DNA from: Tubulanus polymorphus
Taxonomy: Eukaryota; Animalia; Nemertea
NCBI RefSeq assembly: GCF_964204645.1
Contig: NC_134033.1
Span: 4,798,231-4,862,230, forward strand
Direction of reading: 5' to 3'
Length of the DNA stretch: 64,000 bases
The notes under the pieces: generated by a model
Database searches by the model: none
Told to the model about the DNA's origin: nothing
Seen by the model: only the letters and a program-made list of their open reading frames with translations
In this document: positions 50,701 to 61,205 of the stretch, piece after piece
Numbering within the stretch: position 1 is the stretch's first letter
How the letters are laid out: the number at the start of each line of letters is the position of its first letter
Translations under genes and position numbers: made by a program

Positions 50701-51727
50701 TCCGAATTACGATGATGCTCAAAGGTCAGTTCAATTTTATGAACGCTTTTTTGGAATTTCAGTATTGAATTTCGTTCCCCGCACTTTGATATTAGGTCCA
50801 ACCTCCGCGGACGTATTCATCTTTTAAATTATTATCATATTTGCCGTAGAACTCGACCTCCTTCAGGTTTAAGTGGATATAAGAATTCTTAAAATTTGAC
50901 TGATGAACGAAGACTTTAAAGGGGCTACTTGTAAATTTTAAGGGGTTGGGGTCACTGCACAAATAAAATTATAGTTTTAGTTTAATGAAGTTTAGTGGTG
51001 AATTCTGCGGTCAAAATATTTGCGATGAGATTTAGATGCCGAAGTCAAACTTTCCATTCAGTCTTAACATTTTTATAGCTTCTTTCATTAATTAACTTAC
51101 AAGCTGGCTACAGTAAATGGGATTTATAAACGGTCAGTTATTTTTCTATCACTCTCTCTCAGTTGTATACTTATTACAGAATTACGATGATGCTCAAAGG
51201 TCAGTTCAATTTTATGAACGCTTTTTTGGAATTTCAGTATTGAATTTCGTTCCCCGCACTTTGATATTAGGTCCAACCTCCGCGGACGTATTCATCTTTT
51301 AAATTATTATCATATTTGCCGTAGAACTCGACCTCCTTCAGGTTTAAGTGGATATAAGAATTCTTAAAATTTGACTGATGAACGAAGACTTTAAAGGGGC
51401 TACTTGTAAATTTTAAGGGGTTGGGGTCACTGCACAAATAAAATTATAGTTTTAGTTTAATGAAGTTTAGTGGTGAATTCTGCGGTCAAAATATTTGCGA
51501 TGAGATTTAGATGCCGAAGTCAAACTTTCCATTCAGTCTTAACATTTTTATAGCTTCTTTCATTAATTAACTTACAAGCTGGCTACAGTAAATGGGATTT
51601 ATAAACGGTCAGTTATTTTTCTATCACTCTCTCTCAGTTGTATACTTATTACAGAGCTTGTACAACAATGACAGGTGAAGATGTTTTCAATTCGAAAATT
51701 AATGTGGATTTTGCTCCTGCCGAATAG
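29780..51727 (+). CDS. MARF1: Spliced MARF1/limkain-b1-like gene (NYN RNase + RRM), short form. Exons: 29780-29900, 29976-30065, 31034-31227, 49946-50063, 50266-50429, 50525-50724, 51655-51727
   Basis: [21 protein letters not shown]...[12 protein letters not shown] | VKILHVSATSKNAADNKL...VLLISG | DGIF...LSDLKYRCGF | RRM LLVTNLP...RLNQLFDNRGGKV...GEDVF. All introns are GT-AG and phase-compatible. The exons total 960 nt (319 aa plus stop). Probably a paralog rather than the full-length orthologue. Confidence 0.85.
31034..31227 (+). CDS. MARF1: MARF1-like exon, N-terminal half of the NYN domain (not in the ORF track)
   Basis: [64 protein letters not shown], bounded by CAG and GTA. Confidence 0.9.
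31861..32030 (+). repeat. Left terminal inverted repeat
   Basis: Reverse complement of about 49582-49750; contains a (GAGGTCGA)2 repeat and CACTCATCAC. Confidence 0.95.
33741..33860 (+). other. HNH/endonuclease-VII-like domain inserted in the pPolB exonuclease
   Basis: ATHCCYCEKRF...RV*DHDHLNSKYRGAAHEDCNLQ; the stop replaces the expected R of RDH. Confidence 0.8.
35436..36499 (+). mobile_element. Intein with LAGLIDADG homing endonuclease in pPolB motif C (~355 aa after correcting 3 frameshifts)
   Basis: Block A SVTADTPILL follows YFD; block B VDVTEDHSL; block C GFFMGDGS; blocks D/E KIVPDYVLN...FFIGFYAADG; blocks F/G DYVYDLSTDDGTFNSG..LIQKN, followed by extein TDS. Confidence 0.95.
36942..38245 (-). 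pseudogene. Multi-C2H2 zinc-finger protein fused to a VLTF3/poxvirus-A2-like late transcription factor domain (2 frameshifts)
   Basis: Fingers CEIC..H, CPKC..H, CEPC..H and CKYC..H; Zn ribbon CPQC...CVDCG; C-terminal SINYEFFLNKI...KKQRERDEMWNKI resembles the VLTF3 C-terminus. Confidence 0.65.
38314..39114 (+). pseudogene. Minor capsid protein (penton), in-frame stop at 39010
   Basis: IFVDSR, NSFYNIS, PGLYN, YIYCNLID and ILNILPL. Past the stop it continues LEIRNHNGYLIDLNNFPVIYELVI, typical of a polinton penton C-terminus. Confidence 0.75.
39131..39487 (+). CDS. Polinton hypothetical protein
   Basis: 118-aa ORF with the element's TAAATG start signal. Confidence 0.7.
   Translation: MNITVGPSICFGFDFKREKEMKFNINDVITHIKNIAFSNETTFEYKTTIDKETLNVEKITNLIRESLRFYELDEDFIIDDIRKIIIEIYTNETSNKINVELIITKITKYFEDSNFFDK
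39488..39709 (+). CDS. Small Polinton membrane-associated protein
   Basis: 73 aa, hydrophobic N-terminal helix, TAAATG start. Confidence 0.7.
   Translation: MSDNKWIITGLYNGALLSVGTVGYSMVLKKVFKMGSVNVDRFDINDILKLTLAITLSNSTIDYLEKQKYIPPI
39734..40157 (+). pseudogene. Polinton membrane protein (frameshifted; ATG mutated to GTG)
   Basis: ASAIITIIGSAIVNALAFTGGGYLF...HNLALEK, continuing in ORF 39921 to a C-terminal TM helix. Confidence 0.7.
40178..40614 (+). pseudogene. Polinton protein with two TM helices and a coiled coil (disrupted)
   Basis: TAAATG at 40175-40180, a stop/frameshift near 40285, and a hydrophobic hairpin in ORF 40330. Confidence 0.6.
40631..41986 (+). CDS. 451-aa Polinton protein of unknown function with a C-terminal TM anchor
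   Basis: Intact ORF; motif YWQNQLDFAVYSATTGCGIS; terminal LAITCIGIVIGGILYFKF. Confidence 0.85.
   Translation: MGFPKAFQYNKSIKYNIPAIDFKKNITYRNVVLNSLTNLEIYVTESQFFISKMENIFNTYEVTFTRDEYHIYKVKSNMKYWQNQLDFAVYSATTGCGISWNDHLNNLDKNLKYSDLKLIHTIFRFHTYFQIRIILNELECPLPGSKYFKELDNNINISKFYKICNEFNININSDFRAHGILQGVGEEFEIKRIDYMHRISAYHNYKDDNNNGWVNFILENGEGFTKSGIRRINQSIRIYLICILGAQVEARSPIIGNDNTSFDAQKQFKVLFEDSIHNDKNRSIPENIIRYQNYLDKSHITLNYCICPNLLIISNDLELKMGNITGYNNLIKTATINNSFGLNDINKKIITAPKLMEGEKNKKHIQSTETKTKNIKLDNDSKIKDYNTTENGAVRHPHGDIKTDNGAVWHPHGVIQHNIIKTDNDNKSHENTKLAITCIGIVIGGILYFKF
42003..43436 (+). pseudogene. Acidic N-terminus / coiled-coil / C-terminal TM Polinton protein (in-frame TGA at 42171)
   Basis: TAAATG start in frame with ORF 42345, a heptad-rich middle and three hydrophobic helices. 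Confidence 0.8.
43458..45119 (+). pseudogene. Major capsid protein (double jelly-roll), disrupted by a stop at 43518 and a templated insertion at 44001-44414
   Basis: HNPSNINPDETLYVRIPRL, VVDNVGRYLIKKL, LSNICLKY, INENINFPRRSIKGIL and KYALWLDFRTTEDNSLHGSG; size and position next to the integrase and ATPase. Family recognised from memory. Confidence 0.8.
45150..46099 (+). pseudogene. int: RVE-family integrase with C-terminal chromodomain
   Basis: QFDDGKEFDN, AVVERFNRTL, YNNSYHSSIGMKP and PKFKVG..VRISK. The chromodomain YKIEKVLK...LVKWVGWPDKFNEWI follows the stop at 45965. The first catalytic Asp region appears deleted. Confidence 0.92.
46100..46708 (+). CDS. A32/FtsK-like DNA packaging ATPase
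   Basis: Walker A ISGVTNCGKT, Walker B LFIIDD, and GRHFGITTWVLNQKY. Confidence 0.93.
   Translation: MNKELFIFEPHNILISGVTNCGKTYFIFNLLETVYENYFDNIVLFCPTYEFNQTYDRNFTRNNKFIILDPKTVKENLDNCIKKAIDIYKGSNILFIIDDCANLHDSKVRESELCYLAFSGRHFGITTWVLNQKYNSIVKDFRENIRFLVLFYNKDRKSMKNALEENDIIPHDLHNEYMDKLKNIKRSKLLFRLQHPFKYEFI
46709..46990. repeat. Intergenic iterated CTAGTT/AACTAG repeat region
   Basis: AGTTACATTCTAGTTGAATTCTAGTT occurs three times, with inverted AACTAG words between. Confidence 0.85.
47014..47529 (+). CDS. Polinton hypothetical protein (probable frameshift near the C-terminus)
   Basis: 171-aa ORF with TAAATG start. Confidence 0.7.
   Translation: MVGEKKIKSKNGDVPIEKTLDDLGIKETKLIPDDGVLNNVTTNNNYEYYLYCKHQLEILIASGNCKNFVGKNLTYNELDTMKSDEIIRLFKIHEAARTARINDAISENVVKGYNKLCNYILPIEDENRLYSDLKNDYLVMTELNKLDWIFIISIRWIHDIIINWGYNIFKY
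47553..47936 (+). CDS. Basic Polinton protein with a central TM helix
   Basis: KKKPRSRKQIEWSRQLG and LYFTVGFVIVFILIG; TAAATG start. Confidence 0.7.
   Translation: MSEVEEVKKKPRSRKQIEWSRQLGIKSQEYKKAVKEKISNKNVNKNSENIVISNPSNDRIFDKCLYFTVGFVIVFILIGCNWYKKSNKIHDINNSETTAIKNENASEIPKLTIKKWINILEKSKKNN
48988..49314 (-). CDS. Polinton hypothetical protein transcribed inward from the right end
   Basis: 108-aa ORF preceded by a copy of the TIR promoter module. Confidence 0.7.
   Translation of the reverse strand: MEDRKAFLATINNRIKPTKKQFEIKKLVDVTKEIEHKILKLEKIKTKYGEKVSANLSYCNVSTSREFKVFLPDKWVSLSTEELKDLVGFKIIYHGKNEDGHHDLEIVD
49480..49750 (-). repeat. Right terminal module: inverted copy of the left end with an internal ~290-bp deletion
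   Basis: Matches 31861-32030, then jumps to about 32318-32412 (MGENEH...KYID|..NKPYMENVRNYIDSLEIKDTIEILE). Confidence 0.92.
50705..51654 (+). repeat. Near-perfect 475-bp tandem duplication (exon end plus entire intron)
   Basis: 50705-51179 is repeated at 51180-51654, with GA microhomology at the junction. Confidence 0.95.
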
Positions 51728-51872
51728 AAAAAAGAAGCTCCCAACATTTCAACGATTGAACCAAAACAAGCTTTTTGTAAGTCATCACTCGCCAGAAATG
51801 TTCTTTGTCGTTAGAAACAAGCTTTCTATTCAGTCAACCCCCACTCCAAGGTTTGGCTGTATAGTAAGTATG

Positions 51873-53032
51873 ATGGTGGCTGATTCGGGCCACATTAAGA
51901 AAAGATTTAAATGACACTCGGTCTCCACCAATTTTTTTCTAATATTCCTTTTTTCGTTTTAACGCATCGTTGAAACCAGTTTTTCGTTTTAACGCCGCGT
52001 TAAAACCAGTTTTTCGTTTTACCGCATCGTTAAAACCAGTTTTTCGTTTTACCGCATCGTTAAAACCAGTTTTTAACGCATCGTTAAAATATTGGGGAGT
52101 AACATCTGGGTTATGGATATAGTTTAATTTTTCAAAACTGCAATTAGAATCAAAGGTTTGATGATTTCTTGAACCTAAGCATGACGCTTCGAAATCTTTG
52201 GGTTTGAGTTCTCAATTATGTGGACTACGTAATTTTTAAGATGATTTTTATTAATTTTTATTCCGTTATGGAAAAGCACGTGAAATTTTATGAATACATA
52301 TATGTTTTATGTTATGATACGTGAGGCTACAAACGTGTGGCTTGCGACTTACGAGTTACATACGATCTTCACTCAAGTACGTGTATATATACATACATAC
52401 ATACGTACGTACATACATACGCACATACGCACATACGTACATACGAACATACATACGCACATACGCACGCACGCACATACGCACGCACATACGCACGCAC
52501 GCACGCACGCACGCACACACGCTCACACGTACACACATACATACATGAGGTGATACAATGCCCCGTCTCTGATGAATGAACAGCATTTTAGGAAAATGAA
52601 TAACAACATAGCAGATGTAAATCTAGCCAGCAACGGCAAGGAATTTAATTCAAGAGAGAGAGGTTGACTTGTAGATAATAATTCAAGGCTCTATCACGCT
52701 TACGTGATTTTTCAACAAAGCCCCCTGGTGGCCGTTAATAAAAAAATCGCACGGAACCAATGTACGTAGACACCCTGGTGGCCACATCTGGAACTTGCAA
52801 CAAGAATGTCCCCATACTAAGTTTGAATAACGTTAGTCAAGAATTAAAGGCTCCATAACGAAAAACTGGTTTTAACGATGCGTTAAAACGAAAAACTGGT
52901 TTTAACGCGGCTTTAAAACGAAAAACTGGTTTAACGATGCGTTAAAACGAAAAATGTAGAATTAGAAAAAAATGGTGGAGACCGAGTGTCATTTTAATTT
53001 TATTTTTCATTGTGGCCCGAATCAGCCACCAT
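51873..53032. mobile_element. Non-autonomous TIR DNA transposon with subterminal tandem repeats
   Basis: TIR ATGGTGGCTGATTCGGGCCACA...TGTGGCCCGAATCAGCCACCAT; inverted arrays of AACCAGTTTTTCGTTTTAACGCATCGTT; AAGTATG on both flanks. Confidence 0.85.
52384..52546. repeat. Compound (ACAT/ACGC) microsatellite
   Basis: Directly visible. Confidence 0.95.
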
Positions 53033-55093
53033 AAAGTATGGCGGTAAATTTGTCGGTTGATGTTCACTAGTTCCGAGAAAGAATATAGATGTTCTGCACT
53101 TAGAAAAACCTAGCGTGAGGTGGGGTGGCGGTTCACTAGGAGACGGCAGTATATCGGGGGTTGATTGTACTTGTAATGGGTACTTTTCATTGTAGAGCTT
53201 GGTCTGGCTCAATCGAAGAGACTAGGTAGAGACTAACTGTCTGATTTCTGGCTCTTAAAGCGGGTGCTGAAATAAACTTTCAGATCTTTGAAACAACAAA
53301 TACCTATAAAAAATTGGTCAGAGTAAAATATTCGAGAGTAAAATCTTAGATGATTCAATCAAATTATATTGAAAGTGATTGAAAGTGATTGTAATATAAT
53401 TAGGAATCAGGGGTAAATCCTTGACCTATAGGTTGCGGATCGTGTGGCAAAAGTAAGGAAATGGTCCTTTATTGAAAAGGAACTTCTCCAAAGGTTTGAC
53501 AGGTGATATTTTACAACATTTTCAAGGAGCCACATTTAATTAACCAAACAATCTCCTAATACCATTGAACTGCCAACGGAACTGAATTCAAATGCGTTGA
53601 AGCAATTTCATGATAAATTTAAAAAAAAACAACTTGTCTTTGTCTTTTAATAGAGATGAGGAGCACATTTGGAAAAGTTTAAAGAAGTGCCTTTTTTTTA
53701 CAACTCCATTTTCAAGACGGAGTTCTTTTAAACTACTTTAGGTTACATTGATTAGTGCCAGATTCTTCTTTTTAAATATGACTAGGCGTCTGTCCAAAAT
53801 ATAACTGCATAAATCTTATGTCTTTTTCATATCCATTTTGCCATTACTGTGCACCTCCTTCAACTTTAAGGCTTATTTTTGGTTACTTTTTCCACTTCTT
53901 TCTAAATGAACCGATGCCTATCCCTGCCTTTTTCAAATTGCAACATTTTCTGTTGGCCGCTTTTAGTTGATATCAGTTGTATTACCCGTAAAACGGAAAC
54001 AATCTTAACTGATACTATTTTTACAGATCTTAATCAATTTCAGAAGTGTCTGGAAGAAACGTATAAATAAATGATCGATGTCGAAATTATGAAGTGTTTT
54101 GATGGAGCATCGACGTCTTCACCAAAGCACGCGCGAAATTTCGACCCCAAAAACGAAAACCGTAGAGAAAAAGTCTGTGATTTGCGGTTGATGAACTTTT
54201 CCATACTTGAGGATCCAGTCGTGACGTCGCCGCACAAATACCGCAAACAAACATTATAATGACGCCAGGGCGCGCCTGCAACAAAATATCCACGTAAATT
54301 TGCGAATTAAGCAAATCTTTTGCTCAAAAAGCCACGAACAAGGCTAGGCTGATATTTTGTCAAATTGTGGCTGTTCGAGGCATTGAAATAATAATTTCAC
54401 TAGAATATTGAAGGGTTATATTGATTGTACATCTATAACATTTTGGTTTTTATCTTTATTTTCCACCAAGGTTATAAAATGATTGTAAAAGTTTCAACAT
54501 GTTTTTCTTATGTTTCAATATTCTATCATAGTTAATTTATCTGTTCTCATGAGGGAATAATCAAAACAGGGTGCTGTGTCCCCACTGGAGCTATGAATTG
54601 TATTGTAACTCGATGACAGATTCTCACTTTGAATTTCAATAAATGATATAAAATAGAAATAAACCTGTTTCTCTTCGGTTATGATGAGACTTTACCAATT
54701 AGGTCCGGTAGATAATGAACATTTTTTGGTACTTCATTTTAGCAGCTTGAAGAATTGATCATTTTCATTCTTAACGCAGTCTCAAATGTTTTGTGACTTT
54801 CTCAAAATGTATCAAAAATTTAAGTAATTTTTAGTTCATAAGTCTTCAAATATTCATAAATGAACAGTTAAAAATTGTTGAAACATGTCGACTCAGCCGT
54901 AAGATCAACCCATTCACAGTCCCGAATGTGGGAAAGTGTCGGGCTTTAGAGAACATAATGCCCCCGAGGTCTTCACATTTACAGATAAGATTATGTAAGC
55001 GTGTCGCGCGTTACACCGGATAGGCACACAATAGAAATATGAGCCGCACGTTCATTTGATCATCACCAATTAAGAGGACCGCTATTTTGAAAA

Positions 55094-55385
55094 TTGACTG
55101 CGGGAGGAATATTCCTCCCGAAGTCAATCGATGGAAACTTGACCAAGGGGTCTGATATTCAAACAATTGACTTTGGGAGGAATATTCCTCCCAAGGTCAA
55201 ACGAAGAGAATTTGACCTTCAGTTCTGATATTCAAAGTATCGACTTCGGGAGGAACATTCCTCCCAATGTCAATCGATGGAAACTCGACCAAGGGGTCCG
55301 ATATTCGAACGATTCCTCCAAAAGTCCAACGAAGAGAATTTTACCTTCTGGTCTTATATTCAATTGACTTAGGGAGGAATATTCT
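55094..55385. repeat. Array of ~34-bp palindromes with two alternating linkers
   Basis: Variants of TTGACTTCGGGAGGAATATTCCTCCCGAAGTCAA with a period of about 73 bp. Confidence 0.85.
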
Positions 55386-58272
55386 AAACGTTATAACCTG
55401 AACTTTTAGAATTATAGGTATTGGTGCGTTGGGTGTTAATTGTTTTTCTTTTTAAAAAACAGTACCCAATGAAGCCAGGTAGATTTAGGAATTCCAAATG
55501 TTACGATACACAATATCCTAGAGCATGAGATGGTATGACGCTTACATATAATTTTAGAAAACTTAATAGATTTAGTATTTTCTTTCTCTAACAGTATATT
55601 GCTGTAACTTTTTCGACAATCTGTTGAAATCAGATCTAATCAGTGCGCTTCTCATTATAGAATAAACACGAAGTTGAGAAATCGTTACTAAATCACGTGT
55701 ATAATATAGAAATTGAGTTTAGATTTTACAGGGGACTATATAAAGATTGGTTATAAATTTTCACAAGACAACTGCGATAAATCTAAATAGTAATTATGGC
55801 TCGAGTTTAGCTAATTTCATTTTCAATGGACGTAATTTGATAAATGCATTCTTTAAATGGAAATTTCATTTACCGATCGATACAAATCATTGAAGTTACG
55901 CGTACATAATCATCATTCAATTATAAAGCTGATACATATAATTCGTCTGAAGTTTTCGCTCATTATTAGAGTAATTAGGAGATTCGCGTGTCGCGTGTGA
56001 TAAAAGAAATTCGAGTCTTTCTTTCATTTTTCATTTTAAGGTCGCAAATTAGCCATTGTCCTAGTGTGCATTTTCTCATTTATACAAGTGTATTCGGTAT
56101 AAGGGTTGATGTTTCACTCTTCACTCTTTTATATATAATTCCGAAAGTTAATTAGGAGGTTTATACTGCTAACCGAACTCAGTTTCAATTCAGTTCAGTT
56201 TTAGTTTATATGCATTGTGATTTATGAAATAAGAGAAAATACAATCCAGCCTACTGGCCACTGAACGTTAGCACCCAGAAAACGTCCGGAATTTACAAGA
56301 GAGAGAAGAGAGAAAAACATTGTTATAAAAATATCAGATAAAATTTATTCTAAACATAAGTTACTAAGCCCAGGACTCCGGATATCGGGATGAGATGTCT
56401 GAGGCAGATTTCTCCCATTGTCGCACACCCAATAATTACTCATGTGACCATTGTGTTTAAACAACTCTCACAATCAAGCTTAAGATTAAGTGACCTGCGG
56501 TATACATGCTTTCGTATTGATTCATGTAGCCTTATATAGTCCTTACATTGAAATTAGTGGATAGAATCGTGCACTCTAAACGAATCAATCGTTTTAGAGT
56601 CCATGCTAGAATGCATCTTACTTTTCTAGACGAAGATCTGTCTTGATTGACAAACCATGGGTTCGGAAACTAGTTGACTTAAAAGCACATACACATTAAG
56701 TCGCTATCCTAGTAATTAATTCGACTTAAAAATCGATTGATTATTATTGAAATAAAGAAAGATAAAAAAGAAAATCAACGTTTTTAAGGATAAATGTTTC
56801 GTTGTTCGTGATATTCAGCATACACCAATGTCCAGTTGAATTTGACAATTCAAAGTTATTACAAAAGGAGCAAATTCTAATATTCATTTAGCGGCAATTT
56901 TTCACAATTTTTCCCTAGGCCATTTTTTCCGTTCACCCAAAGATTGATATACTTCATTAATACTAAATTAATACTAAAAGTTATCGCACAGGACAAATAT
57001 ATCGCTAGGAAGTTCAAATATATTACACTAGCTTTGATTTAAGCGATTTCAAATTAAAAGTTTTATTATTTTCAATAATTTTCGCATCGCACAGCGAAAT
57101 ATATTTTTGATTTACGGGTGCCTCGTAGGCCAGTCATCGCTAGTACATTGCTCATCATAATGAATTCTCTTTAATTGAGCAATATTTACTTAGGGCTTAA
57201 TCACTGACTTTCTATAGATAAAGAGCTATACAAAGACTAACCCAATAAAATTCAGTGGCTTGTTATTGTCAGCCTGCTTGTATACCAAGCTTCGCTAACA
57301 TAAACGATAAAGTTGCCCTTTTTACTGAAATATTGACGTATCAAACCATAGATAAATAATACTGAAAAAATTGCTAAAATCATTATTTCGCAATCGGAAT
57401 CTATCCTGATTTGAAAGGCACTTGTTGACATGTGGGGAAAAATTGAAAATTTTCACAGAAATCAATTTAAAACGATTCCAGTTAGTTTGGACTAAATTTT
57501 GCAATACACACGAAAAAACAGGCCAACAGCAGCAAATCATAACCTCTTCAATGGGATTTCTCGGGGGATTCTTAACGGGGAATTTCGACCATTCCCATGT
57601 AAACGAGCCAGTTACAAAAACCCTTTGGAAACATCAATTATTCGCATGTATCAATTTACGCTACTTTTGATTATACTGCCTAATCAAATATTGCAATGGC
57701 AGCTGATGATGTGTGATAGAAATCATGGAGAGGACGAGTTGATTGAGCCCGAGGCGCACAGTCAATAGTAGTTGAATAGAAACTACAAACATAATGCATT
57801 TTCTTTGAAATTGTTTCATCTATAGAGATTTATTACAACTTGTCAACAGTTTAATTTCTATAATGCAATGACCTATGTATGGATATATTTTTTTTTTTTT
57901 TGTTTTACGCGTGAAACTGGAGCATAATACCTCCGCCCAAACATTCCACGCCCATGATACCATTTAATGAATCCGAAATATATCCAGGCCCAACATCTAG
58001 AGTTCATGCTAAATGATGAAGACTAGGAATATCTTAGCAATATAATTTTCGGAAAGAGTTTAGAAAAGCAGGCCAGACTCATTGTTAGGATCCACCATAG
58101 TTCTATAGTGAATTGATTACAAGTAGTTAATTCAACAAAACAAAGTAAATTGTTCATAATTAGTGCATTGCCAAGACCATTATTCAAAATTACAAACTAC
58201 ATCTATGGTTAGCGGCAAAAATCATCTCGGTAAAAATCCCCGATTATTTAGTGTAGGTAGAAATCCCCCTCA

Positions 58273-58452
58273 TTTTGAATGGATTGTAAATACAATCTTG
58301 AGGTCAATTTATTCATATTATTGATACATGTATCCAATTTATTCATATTTTACTGTGAAACACCATAATGATATCATGAGTATACAAACTATAGTATATA
58401 CTATTTGAATTAAAACATAATACAAAATTAACATTGTTCATTACTACTAAAT
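58273..58452 (+). repeat. ~180-bp direct repeat, copy 1 (copy 2 at about 59451-59640)
   Basis: Shared TTTGAATGGATTGTA...CACCATAATGATATCATGAGTATACAAACTATAG...ACTAAAT. Confidence 0.85.
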
Positions 58453-61205
58453 AAAGAAGTTTCCAGTTTCTAGGCGCCATTTTGTGGCGGTCCCTCGAGG
58501 TCCCCATTGTTGCGATGATTTGCGTTCATTTTTAAAACATAAGTTTAGATTGAATATCATATAGTTCTGCAGCCCCTTGCTCGATGAACTTAATTTATAC
58601 ACCATTTTAAAAGAAATGAAATGTAGATATTTGCTGGCGATTCTTGGAATTTTTGAACTCAACAATTGAGAACAGTGACGATGTGAAACCAAGGACCGCT
58701 TAAATTAACCGTGCGTAAAAGAAATCGCAATATTTATTAATTTCAAAATATCTAAGTATCTCTTAAAGCTATATTTCCTATTTTCACAGAGGTTAAAGAG
58801 GGTTATTTGCAGTTTAAGCCTGCGTCGAATTTTTTTGAATATCTTTCCTGACGACTGATCTGTACCCGCTTGAGTTTGAGATTACGTGCAAAAGGGGTCT
58901 CCCACGGCGCACCGCCATTTCACTCAACATTGAGATTTGCGACAAGAAATCTTTAAATGCAATTTGATTTCTTCACATTTTCCATGGGGATATTTGAGAT
59001 GATAATCCATATCTTGTTTGTACCGTATTTTGGCGGGAGCAATTCGTTTAGCTGGTTTCGGGATCCGGTTTGTCCCGCTATTGAAGTTTGAATGGCCCAG
59101 TTGAGGAATTGTCGTATACAGCCCGTCCAGCCTTGCGCCGATTTTGTGTTCGGTGAAATCAAACGTTTTAGAGTCGATGGTGAAATGTGCCAGTCAATTT
59201 AAATGCTTAGGGCATATTTAACACATATCCCTCTCTGGTAATCCCTCATTCTGGGATCATACGATGAATTTACTGAATCTCAACCTTGCTGGAAAACTTC
59301 TACCAGAACACCTTACTGATACAAAATTCCAATATAATTTTTAAAGGGGTTCATATCTGTCCCCCATTTGATATTCTGTTTTAGGGGGTCAACGTCCAGT
59401 TTGGCAACTTTCAGCTGCGCCGCATATTCAAAAATATATAAAAACTTAGATTTTGAATGGATTGTATATACAATCTTAAGGTCAATTAAGGTCAATTAAT
59501 TCATATTATTGATACATATATCCAATTTATTCATATTTTACTGTGAAACACCATAATGATATCATGAGTATACAAACTATAGTATATACTATTTGAATTA
59601 AAACATACTACAAAATTAACATTGTTCATTACCACTAAATTGGTAAATAAAGTGATCGCACAGCTTAATGAAAGGGTTCATCGCACATTTCAAATATATT
59701 ACACGAGCTTGAATCTAAAATATTTCAAATCAAAAGAACATTATTTCTAATAATTTTTGGCACCGCACAGCTGAAATATACCACAGTTAACGAGAGTCCG
59801 CAGTTCAAAAATACTCCTGTTCGAATCTTTAGATATTACAAATAAAAATTTATTATTCTTATCAATTCTAACAATTTACTTTATGCTAAGAGTTTTAATT
59901 AAGAATTTATCGCAACGAAAGATTCATTGCACAGTTCTAACATATTTCAGTCTCATAGCAAATTAATAAAATTGGAGAAACATTTTGCTTTGAAATGTCT
60001 TTGAAAATCACCGAGTGGGGATTTTTACCTACTTTGAATATTTTGGGTTTTACACAGGGGATATTTACCTAGGGGATTTTTACCAGGGAGATTTTTACCT
60101 ACAACCTTATTCCTATGTTTTTTTGAATGGTTGAAGGTTTTTTGAGGGAGATATTTTGGTTCAGATATTCTGGATATGGGACTCATTATCATCTCTAGCT
60201 ACGGTAGACGGGTCAACTGATAAGCAAAGCGGAGAAACAAGGTATCAATTTTTTAGCCTTATTCAATAAGCTTTTGTGAAAATCTTGTCAAAAGTATTTT
60301 AGATTCATGTGATTTGATAAAAACCAACTAATATTTCTCCGGCCCAACAAAAATCACACGTTGAGAGATAAATGTAATGGTACGATTTGTAGGGATGCAA
60401 AGATCCCCAAGTAGGGTACAGAAATTTCACTGACTATTGACCACTATTGACGGCTGACTGAGGGGGGTCTGGGATCACAAAATTCTTTTCAAAAAGAAGT
60501 GTTAAAACCTTTTTTGAGCGAGTCAGTTACAATATTTTATTTCAACCGCCGATCGAACAACTAATTTGATTTCCGATTTCAAAATGAAACCCCCTGTTTC
60601 ACTCCCGGCAGGTGTGGTGGGTTTGTTACGGACACCAAATCAAAGCAAATCAGACGAAATCTACCAATCAAATAAATAACTGGATCGATCCTTATTTTAA
60701 AGATAAGAAAGCGTCGATAGCTCTCTAAAGGGGCTCCGCGGAAATTCTGGCATAATAACCAGGCACTAGATGGCACTCATTGAGAGATTAAAAAAGAAAC
60801 CACCCGGCGTGTTCTTAATATAAGACAAGAGTCAGAGACCCTAATCTATGAACTTTTTCAAAATGACAATTCTAAGCATAGAATTGAGTAACAGGGACCT
60901 GAATGAAAATTTTCTGGTATTTTTTACCTGTTGATAGTTCCAGTTTTCAGTTCATCTGATACGCGACGACTCGAGTTATTAGATTCTGACCGGTGACGCA
61001 AGCGGTGAACGTCTGGAATCCGGCGCACAAACCAAATATCGGGAAATACGTCCCGCCATCGTTCAACTGAAATATCGGCGCAAAAAGAGGAACTGAATGA
61101 ATTATTAAGACCGGAAACAAGGTCGCAGATGATATAGATGTAAATCTTCTAAAATATCAAGAGTAAATTCCCTAGCATGATTTCAATTTTGACAGTCACA
61201 CAGAG

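Larger units (their letters stand above)
51831..53167. mobile_element. Tc1/mariner-type MITE (same family as 15673-15847) interrupted by a nested element
   Basis: CAGTCAACCCCC ... ATATCGGGGGTTGATTG|TA; about 170 bp remain after removing the insert. Confidence 0.65.

Noticed and set aside
50244-51302. ORFs 50244-50627, 50624-50827 and 51117-51302 as separate genes
   Set aside because: They are MARF1-like exons read through into introns and into the 475-bp duplication.
52290-52586. Four overlapping ORFs rich in H/T/Y/R
   Set aside because: They are translations of a compound microsatellite.
55094-55385. CRISPR-like array of palindromic repeats with spacers
   Set aside because: The linkers recur in an A/B pattern instead of being unique, there are no cas genes, and the context is eukaryotic.
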